This document shows positions 1-10,439 of a stretch of 64,000 nt of DNA, one piece after another; position 1 is the stretch's first letter, and each line of letters opens with the position of its first letter. Source of the DNA: Patescibacteria group bacterium (GTDB lineage: Bacteria; Patescibacteriota; Patescibacteriia; UM-FILTER-42-10); the NCBI GenBank assembly GCA_041666485.1, contig JBAYGW010000003.1:16415-80414 (forward strand). The letters run 5' to 3'. Under the pieces are notes generated by a model that was not told where the DNA came from, did no database searches, and saw only the letters and a list, made by a program, of their open reading frames with translations. A program made the position numbers and the translations under genes.

Positions 1-134
1 ATTTCTATATTTAAATGATTCATTACTTATTTACCATTTTTCATTAATTCCTAGTATATTTGCATATTATACAAACATGCGCTAGTCTAATTATACTTAC
101 ATGCTTCAATTTAAGCAAAATATAATACTAAATT

Positions 135-614
135 ATGCCGACACTTCCTGTAGTTACAGAACCAAACCCAATATTAAGAAAAAAAGCGGAAACTATCAAT
201 AATCCGCTATCTTCAGCTGTTCAGGAACTGATCCCAAAACTGACTGAAACCATGATTCAGGAGGACGGGATTGGTATCGCCGCTCCGCAGGTCGGTGAAT
301 CAATTCAAATGATTATTATCAACCAAAAAGACAGCCCAATGGTGATGATTAATCCCAGGATAATCACAAAATCAATCCGCACTGAAATAGCTGAAGAAGG
401 ATGTCTGAGCGTGCCCGGAATATTCGGCATGGTCAAACGTTCTAAAAAAGTTAAAGTGAATGCGATAGATGGTTTGGGTAAACCTTTTACAATCAAGGCC
501 GAGGGTCTATTTGCCAGAGTAATACAGCATGAAATTGACCATTTAAATGGCATACTTTTTATAGACAAGATGGTGAAACAAACTCGGAACCCGGGGGACG
601 ATAATATTCTTTAG
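135..614 (+). CDS. def: peptide deformylase
   Basis: Motifs GIGIAAPQVG, EGCLSVPG, HEIDHLNG. Confidence 0.9.
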   Translation: MPTLPVVTEPNPILRKKAETINNPLSSAVQELIPKLTETMIQEDGIGIAAPQVGESIQMIIINQKDSPMVMINPRIITKSIRTEIAEEGCLSVPGIFGMVKRSKKVKVNAIDGLGKPFTIKAEGLFARVIQHEIDHLNGILFIDKMVKQTRNPGDDNIL

Positions 615-1117
615 CTGTTTTGTACAATTTTTTCTATAAACTCTTCTTTTAATTTCCGATACACTCTGCCGTCGCCTTTAGCCGTTTTCACGGCTTGTTT
701 TTTTATTTTTGAATATTCCATCACCGCTTCCGGATGATTTTTCAGGTAATCACGGAACAAAATAATCCGTCGCCATTCAACTCCCCCCATTTTCACAAGA
801 TGAATATGTACACGTCTGATTTTCTTCTTACTAACGTAATCTCTCCGAAAAAATATCCTACCCGGGACACTGGCAACAGCACGGTACTCATAGCCGATAT
901 TCTCCAGTTTCAATTTTACTTTATGCATGTCCTTTTGTTTAACACCAACAAGAATATCAACAATCCCCTTTCCTCCTAAACCACGGACGGACGTGCTTCC
1001 AATATGCTCCACAAGAGCTTTACTTCCTAATGCTTTTACAATTTTATTTTTTTCATAATTATAAAACCTATTGTAATCTGAGGTATATTTATTAAAAACG
1101 TATTTTTTCATTTCCAT
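611..1117 (-). CDS. GrpB/UPF0157 family protein (nucleotidyltransferase-fold)
   Basis: HIGSTSVRGLGGKGIVDIL resembles GrpB HIGSTSVPGL..PIIDI core. Confidence 0.55.
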   Translation of the reverse strand: MEMKKYVFNKYTSDYNRFYNYEKNKIVKALGSKALVEHIGSTSVRGLGGKGIVDILVGVKQKDMHKVKLKLENIGYEYRAVASVPGRIFFRRDYVSKKKIRRVHIHLVKMGGVEWRRIILFRDYLKNHPEAVMEYSKIKKQAVKTAKGDGRVYRKLKEEFIEKIVQNS

Positions 1118-1126
1118 TGATCTTGT

Positions 1127-1426
1127 TTATTTACTTTTATTGATAGTTTTATAAACTGTGATGATAAAATATGGCAGAACCAACATAAACATATATTCTT
1201 CAATCGGCAGATTGCCAATTTTTATTCCGGTTAAACCAGATGCGCTGTAATCAAAATACCAATGGTGACTATAAACGGCAAAGCTGTCCCATGCAACTCC
1301 TACGATTAGTAAAATTAATACTGTGGAAATTCTTTGTTTCCATGAATTATATAAACCAATTTTGTTTTTCCATTGTAGAAAAACACTAAATATCAATATG
1401 AACGTTAATATGATTAGATAGTCCAT
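1127..1426 (-). CDS. small membrane protein, lycopene-cyclase-domain-like
   Basis: ~100 aa, 3 TM helices, W/PxEE pattern as in CrtYcd-type domain proteins; weak. Confidence 0.35.
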   Translation of the reverse strand: MDYLIILTFILIFSVFLQWKNKIGLYNSWKQRISTVLILLIVGVAWDSFAVYSHHWYFDYSASGLTGIKIGNLPIEEYMFMLVLPYFIITVYKTINKSK

Positions 1427-1503
1427 AAATATGCTTTTATCAATGTAATCATATCACTTTTTTTGAAATGGATAAATATTTGTGGATAAAAAAAGAGCTC
1501 ATT

Positions 1504-1800
1504 TTAGACGCTCTTACTTGCGGTACTTATTTGGTGAGTACCGGTGTAAACACCATGCACGATCAATCCTACCCCGACCAAGATACCGACGACAACGCAG
1601 ATCCTCATGAGCAGTGGCATAGCGCGCCACTCGCCTCTCCAGTACGCAGCACATGCTGCTTCAAACGTCAGGACAGGCTGTTCTGACTCTGTCTTTGTGA
1701 GCGGTTCCGTCATGCGGTTCCCGTTCCCTTCTGTTGGACAGGCTAGTGTTTCGGGGCGAAGAAAATGAGCTTCAAAGAAGTATATCACCTCATTCCCCAT
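1504..1800 (-). CDS. hypothetical small tail-anchored protein in GC-rich island (alternative + strand ORF 1468-1686 not excluded)
   Basis: ORF in locally GC-rich segment; C-terminal hydrophobic helix; no RBS seen. Confidence 0.22.
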   Translation of the reverse strand: MGNEVIYFFEAHFLRPETLACPTEGNGNRMTEPLTKTESEQPVLTFEAACAAYWRGEWRAMPLLMRICVVVGILVGVGLIVHGVYTGTHQISTASKSV

Positions 1801-1818
1801 TTGTCAATACTAGGAATT

Positions 1819-2103
1819 TCAGCTGTAAATTATCACACCGATGACAACCATAATATTGATGATAAATGACACTATATTCGTAAAAATAATCGGCTTCTTT
1901 TTATGTAACTTCCCATAAATAACCCAAAGGATTGAGTTAAACGCGTAGGTAATCCAGGCAATTAGTGAAACACCGTCCGCGTTCTTATTCAGCCAAATCT
2001 TTATTACCTGCGACGAAGTCAATATTGGAATTGCGATGCCCATAATATACATAACCCGATCAAGTAACTGAACTCTGTCTCGCGCTTTTTTATCCATATC
2101 CAA
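1819..2103 (-). CDS. SemiSWEET / PQ-loop sugar transporter
   Basis: ~94 aa, 3 TM, aligns with bacterial SemiSWEET core (…SQVIKIW…WITYAFNSILWVIYG). Confidence 0.55.
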   Translation of the reverse strand: MDMDKKARDRVQLLDRVMYIMGIAIPILTSSQVIKIWLNKNADGVSLIAWITYAFNSILWVIYGKLHKKKPIIFTNIVSFIINIMVVIGVIIYS

Positions 2104-2197
2104 ATAGTCTCAATTCTAGCGGTTAATGTTATATTTCTTGAATATTCTTACTACATAAGTCATACTGTAAACACAGTATATCATTATATCTGCAATT

Positions 2198-3163
2198 ATG
2201 GTTAGTAAAAAAGACGAAGTAAATGACAGCAAATTCAGAGTGGCATTTTTCGGCACGCCGGATTTTGCCGTGCCGGCTTTACAGGCACTGCTCTCCATGC
2301 CGGAAATTTACGTGCTCGCCGCTGTTACCCAGCCCGATAAGCCGGCCGGAAGAAAACAGGAGCTGACGGCCCCGCCGATAAAAAAATTGGCGGAACAATA
2401 TAATCTGCCGGTCTGCCAGCCGGAACGGATAAAATCGGTAAAATTTGAACAGTGCTTACGAAATGTCAATCTAGATCTCGCGATCGTTGTGGCTTACGGC
2501 AAAATCATTCCGGAAAAAGTTCTGGACATACCAAAATACGGCTGGTTGAATATTCACGGATCTTTGTTGCCGAAATACCGCGGTGCTTCGCCGATTCAGG
2601 CAGCAATCTTAAATGATGAAAAAGAGACAGGAATTACGCTGATGAAAATTGATGCCGGTTTGGACACGGGAGCCATAATTAATCAAAAAACCATTCCGAT
2701 CATGAGTGGTGACAATTTTGAGTCACTGCATGACAAGCTTGCTCTGCTCGGAGCAGATATTTTAAAAAGTTCACTACTTGACTACTTAAACGGAAAACTG
2801 AAGCCGGTACCGCAGGACGATTTGAAAGCGACTAAAACGCTGATTATAAAAAAAGAAGACGGAAAAATTGATTGGTCAAAAGATGCGTCCGTAATTGCCA
2901 GACACATTAGGGCATATAATCCGTGGCCGGGTTCTTTTTGCAAGTATTACAATAAGACCCTGAAAATACACTCTGCGGAAATAGCTGACGCAAAAGTTCA
3001 ACTGAGTCCTGGTAAAATTTCATATATTGATAATTCCCTTGTAATCGGCTGCGGAAAGGGTAATTTGAAAGTAACTGAACTTCAATTGGAAGGTAAAAGA
3101 TTGCAAACAGCCAATGAATTTATTAATGGTATTCCAGATTTTAGAAATGCTCAGCTTGCTTAA
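2198..3163 (+). CDS. fmt: methionyl-tRNA formyltransferase
   Basis: VAFFGTPDFAVPAL, NIHGSLLPKYRGASPIQ motifs; C-terminal domain. Confidence 0.92.
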   Translation: MVSKKDEVNDSKFRVAFFGTPDFAVPALQALLSMPEIYVLAAVTQPDKPAGRKQELTAPPIKKLAEQYNLPVCQPERIKSVKFEQCLRNVNLDLAIVVAYGKIIPEKVLDIPKYGWLNIHGSLLPKYRGASPIQAAILNDEKETGITLMKIDAGLDTGAIINQKTIPIMSGDNFESLHDKLALLGADILKSSLLDYLNGKLKPVPQDDLKATKTLIIKKEDGKIDWSKDASVIARHIRAYNPWPGSFCKYYNKTLKIHSAEIADAKVQLSPGKISYIDNSLVIGCGKGNLKVTELQLEGKRLQTANEFINGIPDFRNAQLA

Positions 3164-3328
3164 CCAAGCACAAGCTAAATAAAAAAATTGGCTCCTGCCA
3201 AGAACCCCACGCCTCATCCATTATAAATGTGTAGAGCAATCTCTACAGCTACATTCATTAGAAATGCCGTCCTTGAATTAATTTCTTTTTTTTATTTCCC
3301 CTAATTCCTGACCCCTAACTCCTATACC

Positions 3329-4819
3329 CTATTTCCTAATTTTCTCCGTCACATTAAATCCCATGTATTTACCCAGCATCAGCCGGGTCTGAGCATCAAT
3401 CGCTGGAATTGATCCGAAAAAGATCATTGTTACCGGAAAGAGTACCCATTGTAACAGCATTTCAACAAATTTAATCTTATGTTTTTGCTCGGGCCTTTTA
3501 GGCAGCAATGTCGTACTGAAAACTGCCATCAAAATCAGGCCGATCATTGCCGCGCTCATCAGCCACTCCAATACATAAGGCGCGGTTTGTGCGGCGATTG
3601 ATGAAGACTCCTGGTATCTGGCAACCGCAAGCGGTAGTCTACCTAAGATAAATATCAAAATCGGAGCTGTGGCCCAGGAATAATGTCCCTCCGCCATGTT
3701 CCACACGTAGTGAAATTTTTGTCGCCATTTAATTTTCTTATTTTTTTTGAAAAACCAAAGCATATACGGAAAATGCTCAATACCGTATGCCCAGCGCCTT
3801 TGCTGTTTATATTGATTTTTTAAACTTTGCCACAGGGTGCTGCCCATAACCGTATCCATGGAAACCGGTATGTACATAGGCGTCACAGTATAATCTCCGT
3901 CATATTCCAGAAAACACTGCAGAAATATTCTGGAATCCTCAGTGACAATATCGTTCTGCCAGAAATCAATATCCACCAGTGCGCGGAAACTCATACTGTG
4001 TGATGAAAATGTAAATAATCTTTCCGGCCGTAACTGTTCGGTCATCAACCAGAATGTCGTGCCATTTGCCACCACCCGCATCAGTGCCGGCGAATCCCAG
4101 ATATTATTATTGAACAGAGGCACGGGCTGGAAACTGGTTTTGGTCGGATTCGGATGGTTAAGATACATGTTCGTCAAATACGCAAAATATTCGCTGTGCA
4201 CGCATGTATCAACATCAAACGAGGATACGATAACGTTTTCGTACGGAATATTTTGGCTGTCAATATATTCCTTTGTTTTTCTACCAGCCCAGGCGATATT
4301 TGAACCTTTCCCGGGCATTTCTCCCGGAATATTCGCCGGGTGTTCCACCACCAGCAGTTTATGAAACTTATCACCGAATTCTCTTTGCATAATTTCCGCA
4401 ATACCGCTCGCTCTTTCCCTATCCCGCTCCTCAATCGCAAACGTAACAATAAATTTGTCCTTCGGATAATTGGAATTTACTAAGCTCTGGAATGTTGATC
4501 TTATTACTTCAATCGGCTCTTTATATGTCGGCAACATAATAAAATGATACATGTCCTGCCAACGGGAATTTTTCCTGCATTCTTCCAACCAATTTACCTT
4601 GATCGCTCTTTTGAAACGGCGATACGAGATGATCATATACAACTGTAAATACAGTATGCGCATCAGCCACAGTAGATCAAAGACAATAATAAAATATATC
4701 ACCCAGATCGGCTGGAAAAATGACAGTGAAATTGCGGCAATAAAAGTAGTCCAGGTCAGCGCACCCGGGATTATTTCCAGAATTCTATATTTACGATAAT
4801 CAGACAGTTTATTAAACAT
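3329..4819 (-). CDS. family-2 processive glycosyltransferase, membrane-integrated (cellulose/chitin-synthase-like)
   Basis: Multiple TM helices, D/DxD positions, Q(Q)RRW motif (KQQRRWAYG). Confidence 0.65.
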   Translation of the reverse strand: MFNKLSDYRKYRILEIIPGALTWTTFIAAISLSFFQPIWVIYFIIVFDLLWLMRILYLQLYMIISYRRFKRAIKVNWLEECRKNSRWQDMYHFIMLPTYKEPIEVIRSTFQSLVNSNYPKDKFIVTFAIEERDRERASGIAEIMQREFGDKFHKLLVVEHPANIPGEMPGKGSNIAWAGRKTKEYIDSQNIPYENVIVSSFDVDTCVHSEYFAYLTNMYLNHPNPTKTSFQPVPLFNNNIWDSPALMRVVANGTTFWLMTEQLRPERLFTFSSHSMSFRALVDIDFWQNDIVTEDSRIFLQCFLEYDGDYTVTPMYIPVSMDTVMGSTLWQSLKNQYKQQRRWAYGIEHFPYMLWFFKKNKKIKWRQKFHYVWNMAEGHYSWATAPILIFILGRLPLAVARYQESSSIAAQTAPYVLEWLMSAAMIGLILMAVFSTTLLPKRPEQKHKIKFVEMLLQWVLFPVTMIFFGSIPAIDAQTRLMLGKYMGFNVTEKIRK

Positions 4820-5678
4820 ATAGTTTTTGGCATTTAGGACAAAAGGTTGTACCGCGGTTACTCACTTTGGTCCTGGACAGTTTAGTGTCACAGCGGAAAC
4901 AATTTTGTCCGCTACGCTTATATACTTTTCTCACGTTCTGGTAATTACCTTTTCTACCGAGCGCATCACGGTAATCTGATATGGATGTACCACGATACTT
5001 TACCGCCTTTTTCAGTATTTTAACAATAGCTGAATGGATGGCTTTGCTTTGTCTTACATTCAGACTGTCCGTTTTCTGTTTAGGATTGATCTTCGCTTCC
5101 CATAAAATCTCATCTGCATATATATTCCCGATTCCTGATACAAAATGCTGATCCAGTAAAATAGATTTAATAAAACCTTTTTTATTTTGGAGCCTTGATT
5201 TAAATACACTGTATGTAAACTCACGACTCAGCGGTTCCGGACCGAGTTTTTTCAGCCGCGGCATATCATTCTCTTCACTTGTTTTAAAAAGCTTAATCTC
5301 GCCAAATCTCCTCACATCCGAAAAAGCCAGCTCTTTATTATCATCCAAATAAAAGCGGGTGCGTATAAACTGATTAAAGGAATCGTAAAATGGACTGTCT
5401 TTTCCCTCTTTATTCTTCCAGTCATGATCACGATAAAGCAAATGACCGGTCATTTTTAAATGAATAAGTAATGTTTGATTACCTGTCAGATCAATCAGAA
5501 TATTTTTTGCCCGCCTTCTAACACCGGTCACTTTCCTGCCGACAATACCTTTCCTGACTTTCAAAACAGAAGGATGAAAGCTCTTCGGCCAATCAGTCCA
5601 AATCTTTTGAACAGTATGTCCTTTCAATTTTACATTTAAATCAGAAACAATTGTTTGTACTTCGGGCAGCTCCGGCAT
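4812..5678 (-). CDS. mutM: formamidopyrimidine-DNA glycosylase
   Basis: N-terminal MPELPEV, C-terminal zinc finger CFRC…CPKC. Confidence 0.85.
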   Translation of the reverse strand: MPELPEVQTIVSDLNVKLKGHTVQKIWTDWPKSFHPSVLKVRKGIVGRKVTGVRRRAKNILIDLTGNQTLLIHLKMTGHLLYRDHDWKNKEGKDSPFYDSFNQFIRTRFYLDDNKELAFSDVRRFGEIKLFKTSEENDMPRLKKLGPEPLSREFTYSVFKSRLQNKKGFIKSILLDQHFVSGIGNIYADEILWEAKINPKQKTDSLNVRQSKAIHSAIVKILKKAVKYRGTSISDYRDALGRKGNYQNVRKVYKRSGQNCFRCDTKLSRTKVSNRGTTFCPKCQKLYV

Positions 5679-5679
5679 A

Positions 5680-6078
5680 TTATATTATAATAGTTGATTG
5701 ATAATACTTCTCCTGAAAATTTATCTGCTTCCTTATTTCATCAACGCTGTATTTATTATTGTCAGCAACCACTAGTTTAAATTCATCATCATCTTTTCTT
5801 TCCACAAACGCGATAACAACACCTACATATTCATTAACGGGATTGTTGACACCCACCACATAAGCATCAACCGGCTCTCCGTCTCCCGCCATTGTTCCGG
5901 GGATATATCCGTAATTTATTTTGTATTTGGATTCCGGAAAATCAGGATGGCACGAACCAATTGGCCGGTCAATAATTACTTTCACTTTTTTACCTAACCA
6001 TTTTTTTGAGTCTTGATTCATTGGATTACAGCAATTATACCCTACCCAAGCCATAAAATAAAGAACCGAATTAACCAA
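5680..6078 (-). CDS. short inorganic-pyrophosphatase-like protein (family I PPase core)
   Basis: NYGYIPGTMAGDGEPVDAYVV matches PPase NYGFIPQT..DGDPLDVLVL; only ~130 aa. Confidence 0.55.
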   Translation of the reverse strand: MVNSVLYFMAWVGYNCCNPMNQDSKKWLGKKVKVIIDRPIGSCHPDFPESKYKINYGYIPGTMAGDGEPVDAYVVGVNNPVNEYVGVVIAFVERKDDDEFKLVVADNNKYSVDEIRKQINFQEKYYQSTIII

Positions 6079-6130
6079 AAAGACCCCGCGATTGCGGGAT
6101 CCTTTTTCCTCCTTAGCAATTTCAAATTTA

Positions 6131-6412
6131 TTAGAGAATTGCGTCTTTTGCTGCTTTGGCGACTCTGAACTTCAGCACTGTTTTGGCTTTGATCTGAATC
6201 TGTTCGCCCGTGGCTGGGTTTCGGCCCATGCGAGCTTCACGGTGCTTTTTGATCATCTTTCCCAAACCCGGGAGAGTGATTTCACCGCTTGATTTACATT
6301 CTTTGTAAACCAATTCGTTTAGGTTTTCCATGAAGGAAACAACCTCTTTTTTTTGAAGACCGGTTTTTTCAACCAGCGCTCCAATGAATTGAGACTTGGT
6401 CATTGATGCCAT
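6131..6412 (-). CDS. hup: DNA-binding protein HU
   Basis: 93 aa; [19 protein letters not shown] arm motif. Confidence 0.88.
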   Translation of the reverse strand: MASMTKSQFIGALVEKTGLQKKEVVSFMENLNELVYKECKSSGEITLPGLGKMIKKHREARMGRNPATGEQIQIKAKTVLKFRVAKAAKDAIL

Positions 6413-6670
6413 AGTATTCTCTTTTCTTACTTAATTAGTTATTCACATGTTAATGATTACATGCGTAGTATATACTATTTTGCAATATTTGCATAGATTC
6501 CCCTTTGTTTATAAGTATTTTTTACATACGAAGATATTCGGATCGCAATATTAATTTATAAAAAATGCATAATTATTGGCTAATATAAGCCATTTTCTAT
6601 TACTAAATAAAATGTCGCAAAAGCAACAAACTAATCAGATAAAAACTATTATATCGCCTGATAAAATGGT

Positions 6671-8161
6671 ATGATTGTTATTATGAAAAGACAATCCGGA
6701 ATATTATTACACATCACATCACTGCCCAGTCCGTATGGCATTGGTGATTTGGGAGAAGAAGCATTTAGATTTATTGATTTCTTAAGCAAGTCCGGACAGA
6801 GTATTTGGCAAATTCTTCCATTAACCATACCGGACTCTATCGGTTCACCATACGCGTCTTCATCTGCGTTTGCCGGAAACTGGCTACTAATTAGTCCTGA
6901 TGAATTATTAAAAGCCGGATTGCTGCACAAAAAGTCACTTCCCAAAACAAAGCGAGTCACAGCGATCAAATATTCAAAAGTATTCCAAGAGCGACGAAAA
7001 CTCGTTGAAAAATCATATGAGTATTTCCGCAAACATGCTTCACGTGAACAGAGTAACAGCTTTAATCATTTTATCCAATATCATTCAAAATGGCTCAACG
7101 ATTTCGGGCTGTTTATGGCGCTTAAAGATCACTTCAAGGGTGCGCGATGGTTTAATTGGCCTGAGGATATTGCCAACAGAGAAGAACAAGCCATCAAATA
7201 CTGGCAAAAAAAACTTGATCGCCAAATAAAAGTATATCAATACGGACAATGGATATTTTTTTCTCAGTATGCGAAAATTAAAAAATACGCGAATAAAAAA
7301 GGTATCCGCATTTTTGGCGATATTCCATTCTTTATTATTCACGACAGTGTAAATGTTTGGGTTGATCGGGATTTGTTTTTGCTGGACGATAAATACCAAC
7401 CCCTGGCCAAATCGGGTGTGCCACCGGATTATTTCAGCAAACGTGGACAGTTGTGGGGTGACCCGCAGTACAACTGGGAAAAAATGAAGAAAAATAATTT
7501 CCGTTGGTTTATCAGAAGAATAAAAAAAGCGGAAAACTTTTATGATGATGTTCGTTTAGACCATTTTAGAGGCTATTCAGCAGTATGGCATGTTGATCCA
7601 AAATCCAAAACATCTAAAAATGGCAAATGGGTCCCTGTACCCGGAATTGAAATCTTCAGAGAAGTAAAAAGCAAATTCAAAAATCTTTCTATCATTGCGG
7701 AAGATCTTGGATATATAACTCACGATGTAGTTGAATTGAAAAGGCATTATAAATTTCCGGGTATGCGCGTAATGCAGTTTGGTTTTAGTGGAAAACAGAA
7801 TAATTTTCATCTACCCACGAATTTTTCAACCGATTGCGTCGCTTATACCGGCACTCATGATAACGACACAACCTATGGCTGGATTACGAAATCCGGTAAA
7901 ACGTCGCAAAAGAAATTTGCGCTAAAATATGCGAAAACTGACAAAAAGCATTTTGCCTGGAAGCTTATTGAAATAGGTATGCGCTCAAGAGCCTGTTGGT
8001 TCGTCTTCCCTATTCAGGACGCTCTAAATCTCGGATCAGAGGCCCGCATGAACAAACCGTCAACCAAAAAGAAAAACTGGCAATGGCGTATGAAAAAAAA
8101 CGCATTATCGGACGAATTGGCAATTAAGATAAACAATCTTACCAGATCTGCCAGAAGATAA
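6671..8161 (+). CDS. malQ: 4-alpha-glucanotransferase (amylomaltase, GH77)
   Basis: SGILLHITSLPSPYGIGDLG signature; length ~496 aa. Confidence 0.9.
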   Translation: MIVIMKRQSGILLHITSLPSPYGIGDLGEEAFRFIDFLSKSGQSIWQILPLTIPDSIGSPYASSSAFAGNWLLISPDELLKAGLLHKKSLPKTKRVTAIKYSKVFQERRKLVEKSYEYFRKHASREQSNSFNHFIQYHSKWLNDFGLFMALKDHFKGARWFNWPEDIANREEQAIKYWQKKLDRQIKVYQYGQWIFFSQYAKIKKYANKKGIRIFGDIPFFIIHDSVNVWVDRDLFLLDDKYQPLAKSGVPPDYFSKRGQLWGDPQYNWEKMKKNNFRWFIRRIKKAENFYDDVRLDHFRGYSAVWHVDPKSKTSKNGKWVPVPGIEIFREVKSKFKNLSIIAEDLGYITHDVVELKRHYKFPGMRVMQFGFSGKQNNFHLPTNFSTDCVAYTGTHDNDTTYGWITKSGKTSQKKFALKYAKTDKKHFAWKLIEIGMRSRACWFVFPIQDALNLGSEARMNKPSTKKKNWQWRMKKNALSDELAIKINNLTRSARR

Positions 8162-8321
8162 TAATTCTAAAAACGTTCCGGCTTGAAATAAGCGCCGGGG
8201 CGTTTTTGATTATTCCAGAATCAGATTTCCGACCATGCCCATTTGCCGGTGATTTTGTATACCGCAATAATATTCAAAAATTCCGGTTTTATCCGCTATA
8301 AACTCCACTTAATATTAATAA

Positions 8322-8516
8322 TTAGCCGACCTTTTCCCATGTGGCATCATCGGCAACTTCATCAATGTCTACTTTTTTCTGGGGAATCAGGCACGAAACA
8401 CATTCGGGAAATTTTTCGCCTTTTTCCAATTTTGACTTATAGCCGCACGGCATACATAAATATTCTCCCGTCTCCGGAGCTTTATCACCGGCGTAATAGT
8501 ACTTTTTAATAGGCAT
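8322..8516 (-). CDS. small zinc-ribbon protein
   Basis: CxxC…CxxC in 64 aa; no spurious-frame alternative with better features. Confidence 0.35.
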   Translation of the reverse strand: MPIKKYYYAGDKAPETGEYLCMPCGYKSKLEKGEKFPECVSCLIPQKKVDIDEVADDATWEKVG

Positions 8517-8531
8517 ACCTCCTCCTAATTG

Positions 8532-9098
8532 TTAAGAAGTAATATTTTCTCTGCCCCATTTAAGGGTTTTTGTCATCCAGATTAATTCTGTTAAAAAAGT
8601 ATCAATTCTTACATCGTATGATTCATCTAAAACGTTACCATCATCGTCAAAAAGTGTATCAACCTTTGAGAAGTTCAAGTCAGTCTTAATCATTGATAAT
8701 TGCAGGGCCTTCATAACAGATGCCAAACTTTCAACTGCCCTTGCCCCGCCAAAACCACCGTCTGAAACACTGCATAAGCCCACCGATTTATGCCGGTATT
8801 CCGGTAACAGCATATCCAGGGCCATTTTTAAACTACCCGGGAAACTGTGATTATACTCGGGTGATACAATAATCAAACCGTCCGCTTTTTCTACTAATTC
8901 TTTAAAATCAGAATTTTTTTTACCCAGACCGCGCCCTTCATTACCCGCAAAATTTAATTTTTTTACATCAATGATTTGCGTTACAATCCCCGGTTTCTCC
9001 CTGACTCTTTTTTCCAAATATTTCGCGACTTTTTCACTTTCGCGTCCTTCTCTGGTTGTACCAAGAATAATCGGCAAATATAGAGCATCTTCTGACAT
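8532..9098 (-). CDS. NAD(P)H-dependent FMN reductase family protein
   Basis: LIIVSPEYNHSFPGSLKMALD flavodoxin-like reductase motif. Confidence 0.7.
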   Translation of the reverse strand: MSEDALYLPIILGTTREGRESEKVAKYLEKRVREKPGIVTQIIDVKKLNFAGNEGRGLGKKNSDFKELVEKADGLIIVSPEYNHSFPGSLKMALDMLLPEYRHKSVGLCSVSDGGFGGARAVESLASVMKALQLSMIKTDLNFSKVDTLFDDDGNVLDESYDVRIDTFLTELIWMTKTLKWGRENITS

Positions 9099-9115
9099 AT
9101 AATTATAATTAATTA

Positions 9116-9814
9116 TTAAATATATTGTTGTGGATCAATCCAATTATTCAGTTCTGCTTCTGTCTGGACATATCCTTTGATATTAATTTCAGTTCCTTTA
9201 TGTATCCCGAAATGCAGATGCTTTCTTTCCCCGTCTGTTTCCGCGCTTTTGTCCGCACCCAGTAACCCTATTATATCCCCTTTTTTGATATTTGATCCAA
9301 CTTCAAATTTTACACTAGCTATCATTAAATGACCGTAAATTACAGTAACTCTCTGACCATTCAAATCACATTCCTGGACAATCACTCCCCCATAACCGCT
9401 TGCGGTAGTTTTCATTCTAAGCGATCCGGTACAAAAAGACTTAACCTCCACATCACTGTTTAGTTCGTCAGCAAATACCTCAAAGTCAGCTCCGGTATGA
9501 TATCCGGAAAATCTCTCCGGCTGTACCGGCGAATTAGTCTTCGTTATTTTAATACCGAATGGTTTTTTTATAATTCTTTCTTTTGGTTGATCCAAAGGAC
9601 TCTGATAACCCTCATTACTTACCTGATTATTTAAATTTTGGTTTAAATCGGCATTTGCAATGTTTGTAATTTCGGAATTTACCAATACACTATTATTTAA
9701 AATTGTACTGTTACCAATGTTCTGGTTTTTCTTAATCTGTAAAAAAACAAACACACCAAAAAATATAAACATTATCAGCAAACCATAGAGAACCCTTTTG
9801 AATCCTTTACCCAT
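9116..9814 (-). CDS. M23 family metallopeptidase (LytM-like), membrane-anchored
   Basis: N-terminal TM; HTGADF…HLHFGIH zinc ligand motifs. Confidence 0.7.
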   Translation of the reverse strand: MGKGFKRVLYGLLIMFIFFGVFVFLQIKKNQNIGNSTILNNSVLVNSEITNIANADLNQNLNNQVSNEGYQSPLDQPKERIIKKPFGIKITKTNSPVQPERFSGYHTGADFEVFADELNSDVEVKSFCTGSLRMKTTASGYGGVIVQECDLNGQRVTVIYGHLMIASVKFEVGSNIKKGDIIGLLGADKSAETDGERKHLHFGIHKGTEINIKGYVQTEAELNNWIDPQQYI

Positions 9815-9841
9815 TATCTTCTTATTAATATATTATTAAGT

Positions 9842-9873
9842 AAAACTCCCACCAAATAAATGGAGGGAGTTTT
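9842..9873 (-). terminator. rho-independent terminator after arsR-like gene
   Basis: AAAACTCCC…GGGAGTTTT 9-bp stem followed by T-run on minus strand. Confidence 0.5.
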
Positions 9874-9956
9874 ATCAATTCGGTTAGCAACCGCAATCAG
9901 GACCTGATGTCATTTTATTTACCTTTCATGTTTGCCTGCTTAAAATACAGGCTTAA

Positions 9957-10307
9957 TTAATGAATATGTTGATCTAAATGATTATCCAGCATTTCAACCT
10001 GTTCTTTGTCACTGATCTCAAGCATATAGCAAACGCACTTGCCCATTTTATACTTAGTTACAATCCGGGAGCGCTCTAGCATACTTAGCTGGTGCGACAC
10101 TGCGCTGATACTGATACCGAGCACAGCAGCGATATCTGAAACACAGATCTCTTCATAATGTTTTAATAACAGCAATATTTTTATCCTGGTCGGATCAGAC
10201 AAAACATTGCATAGATCACTTTGGATTTTTATGTGTTTACCGTTTCTTTTCAGCCAATTCTGATTTTTTAATATTTGCTTTTGCGTTAACATACTACGTT
10301 TTATCAT
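9957..10307 (-). CDS. ArsR/SmtB family transcriptional regulator
   Basis: wHTH segment ISISAVSHQLSMLERSRIV. Confidence 0.7.
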   Translation of the reverse strand: MIKRSMLTQKQILKNQNWLKRNGKHIKIQSDLCNVLSDPTRIKILLLLKHYEEICVSDIAAVLGISISAVSHQLSMLERSRIVTKYKMGKCVCYMLEISDKEQVEMLDNHLDQHIH

Positions 10308-10439
10308 TTGCTCAAGTGTCTTAATGATATAGCAATTTGTTACCGCCTGTCAAGTCGGGTCACAACTCCTCATAAAGCCAATCTTGACAATAACGTACTT
10401 TTGTATTACTTTCTTTGTATGTTGATCTTTGAAACAACG

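Noticed and set aside
305-568. 87-aa antisense ORF within def
   Set aside because: It is a shadow ORF. The def frame has all three catalytic motifs.
3270-3330. Direct repeats CCTAA(T/C)TCC / TTAGGGG between fmt and the GT2 gene
   Set aside because: These are short imperfect repeats in a 3' UTR. They do not form a terminator hairpin and resemble the AATTAC arrays only superficially. They are probably not significant.
8243-8509. 88-aa + strand ORF
   Set aside because: It overlaps the better-supported minus-strand zinc-ribbon ORF and has no RBS.
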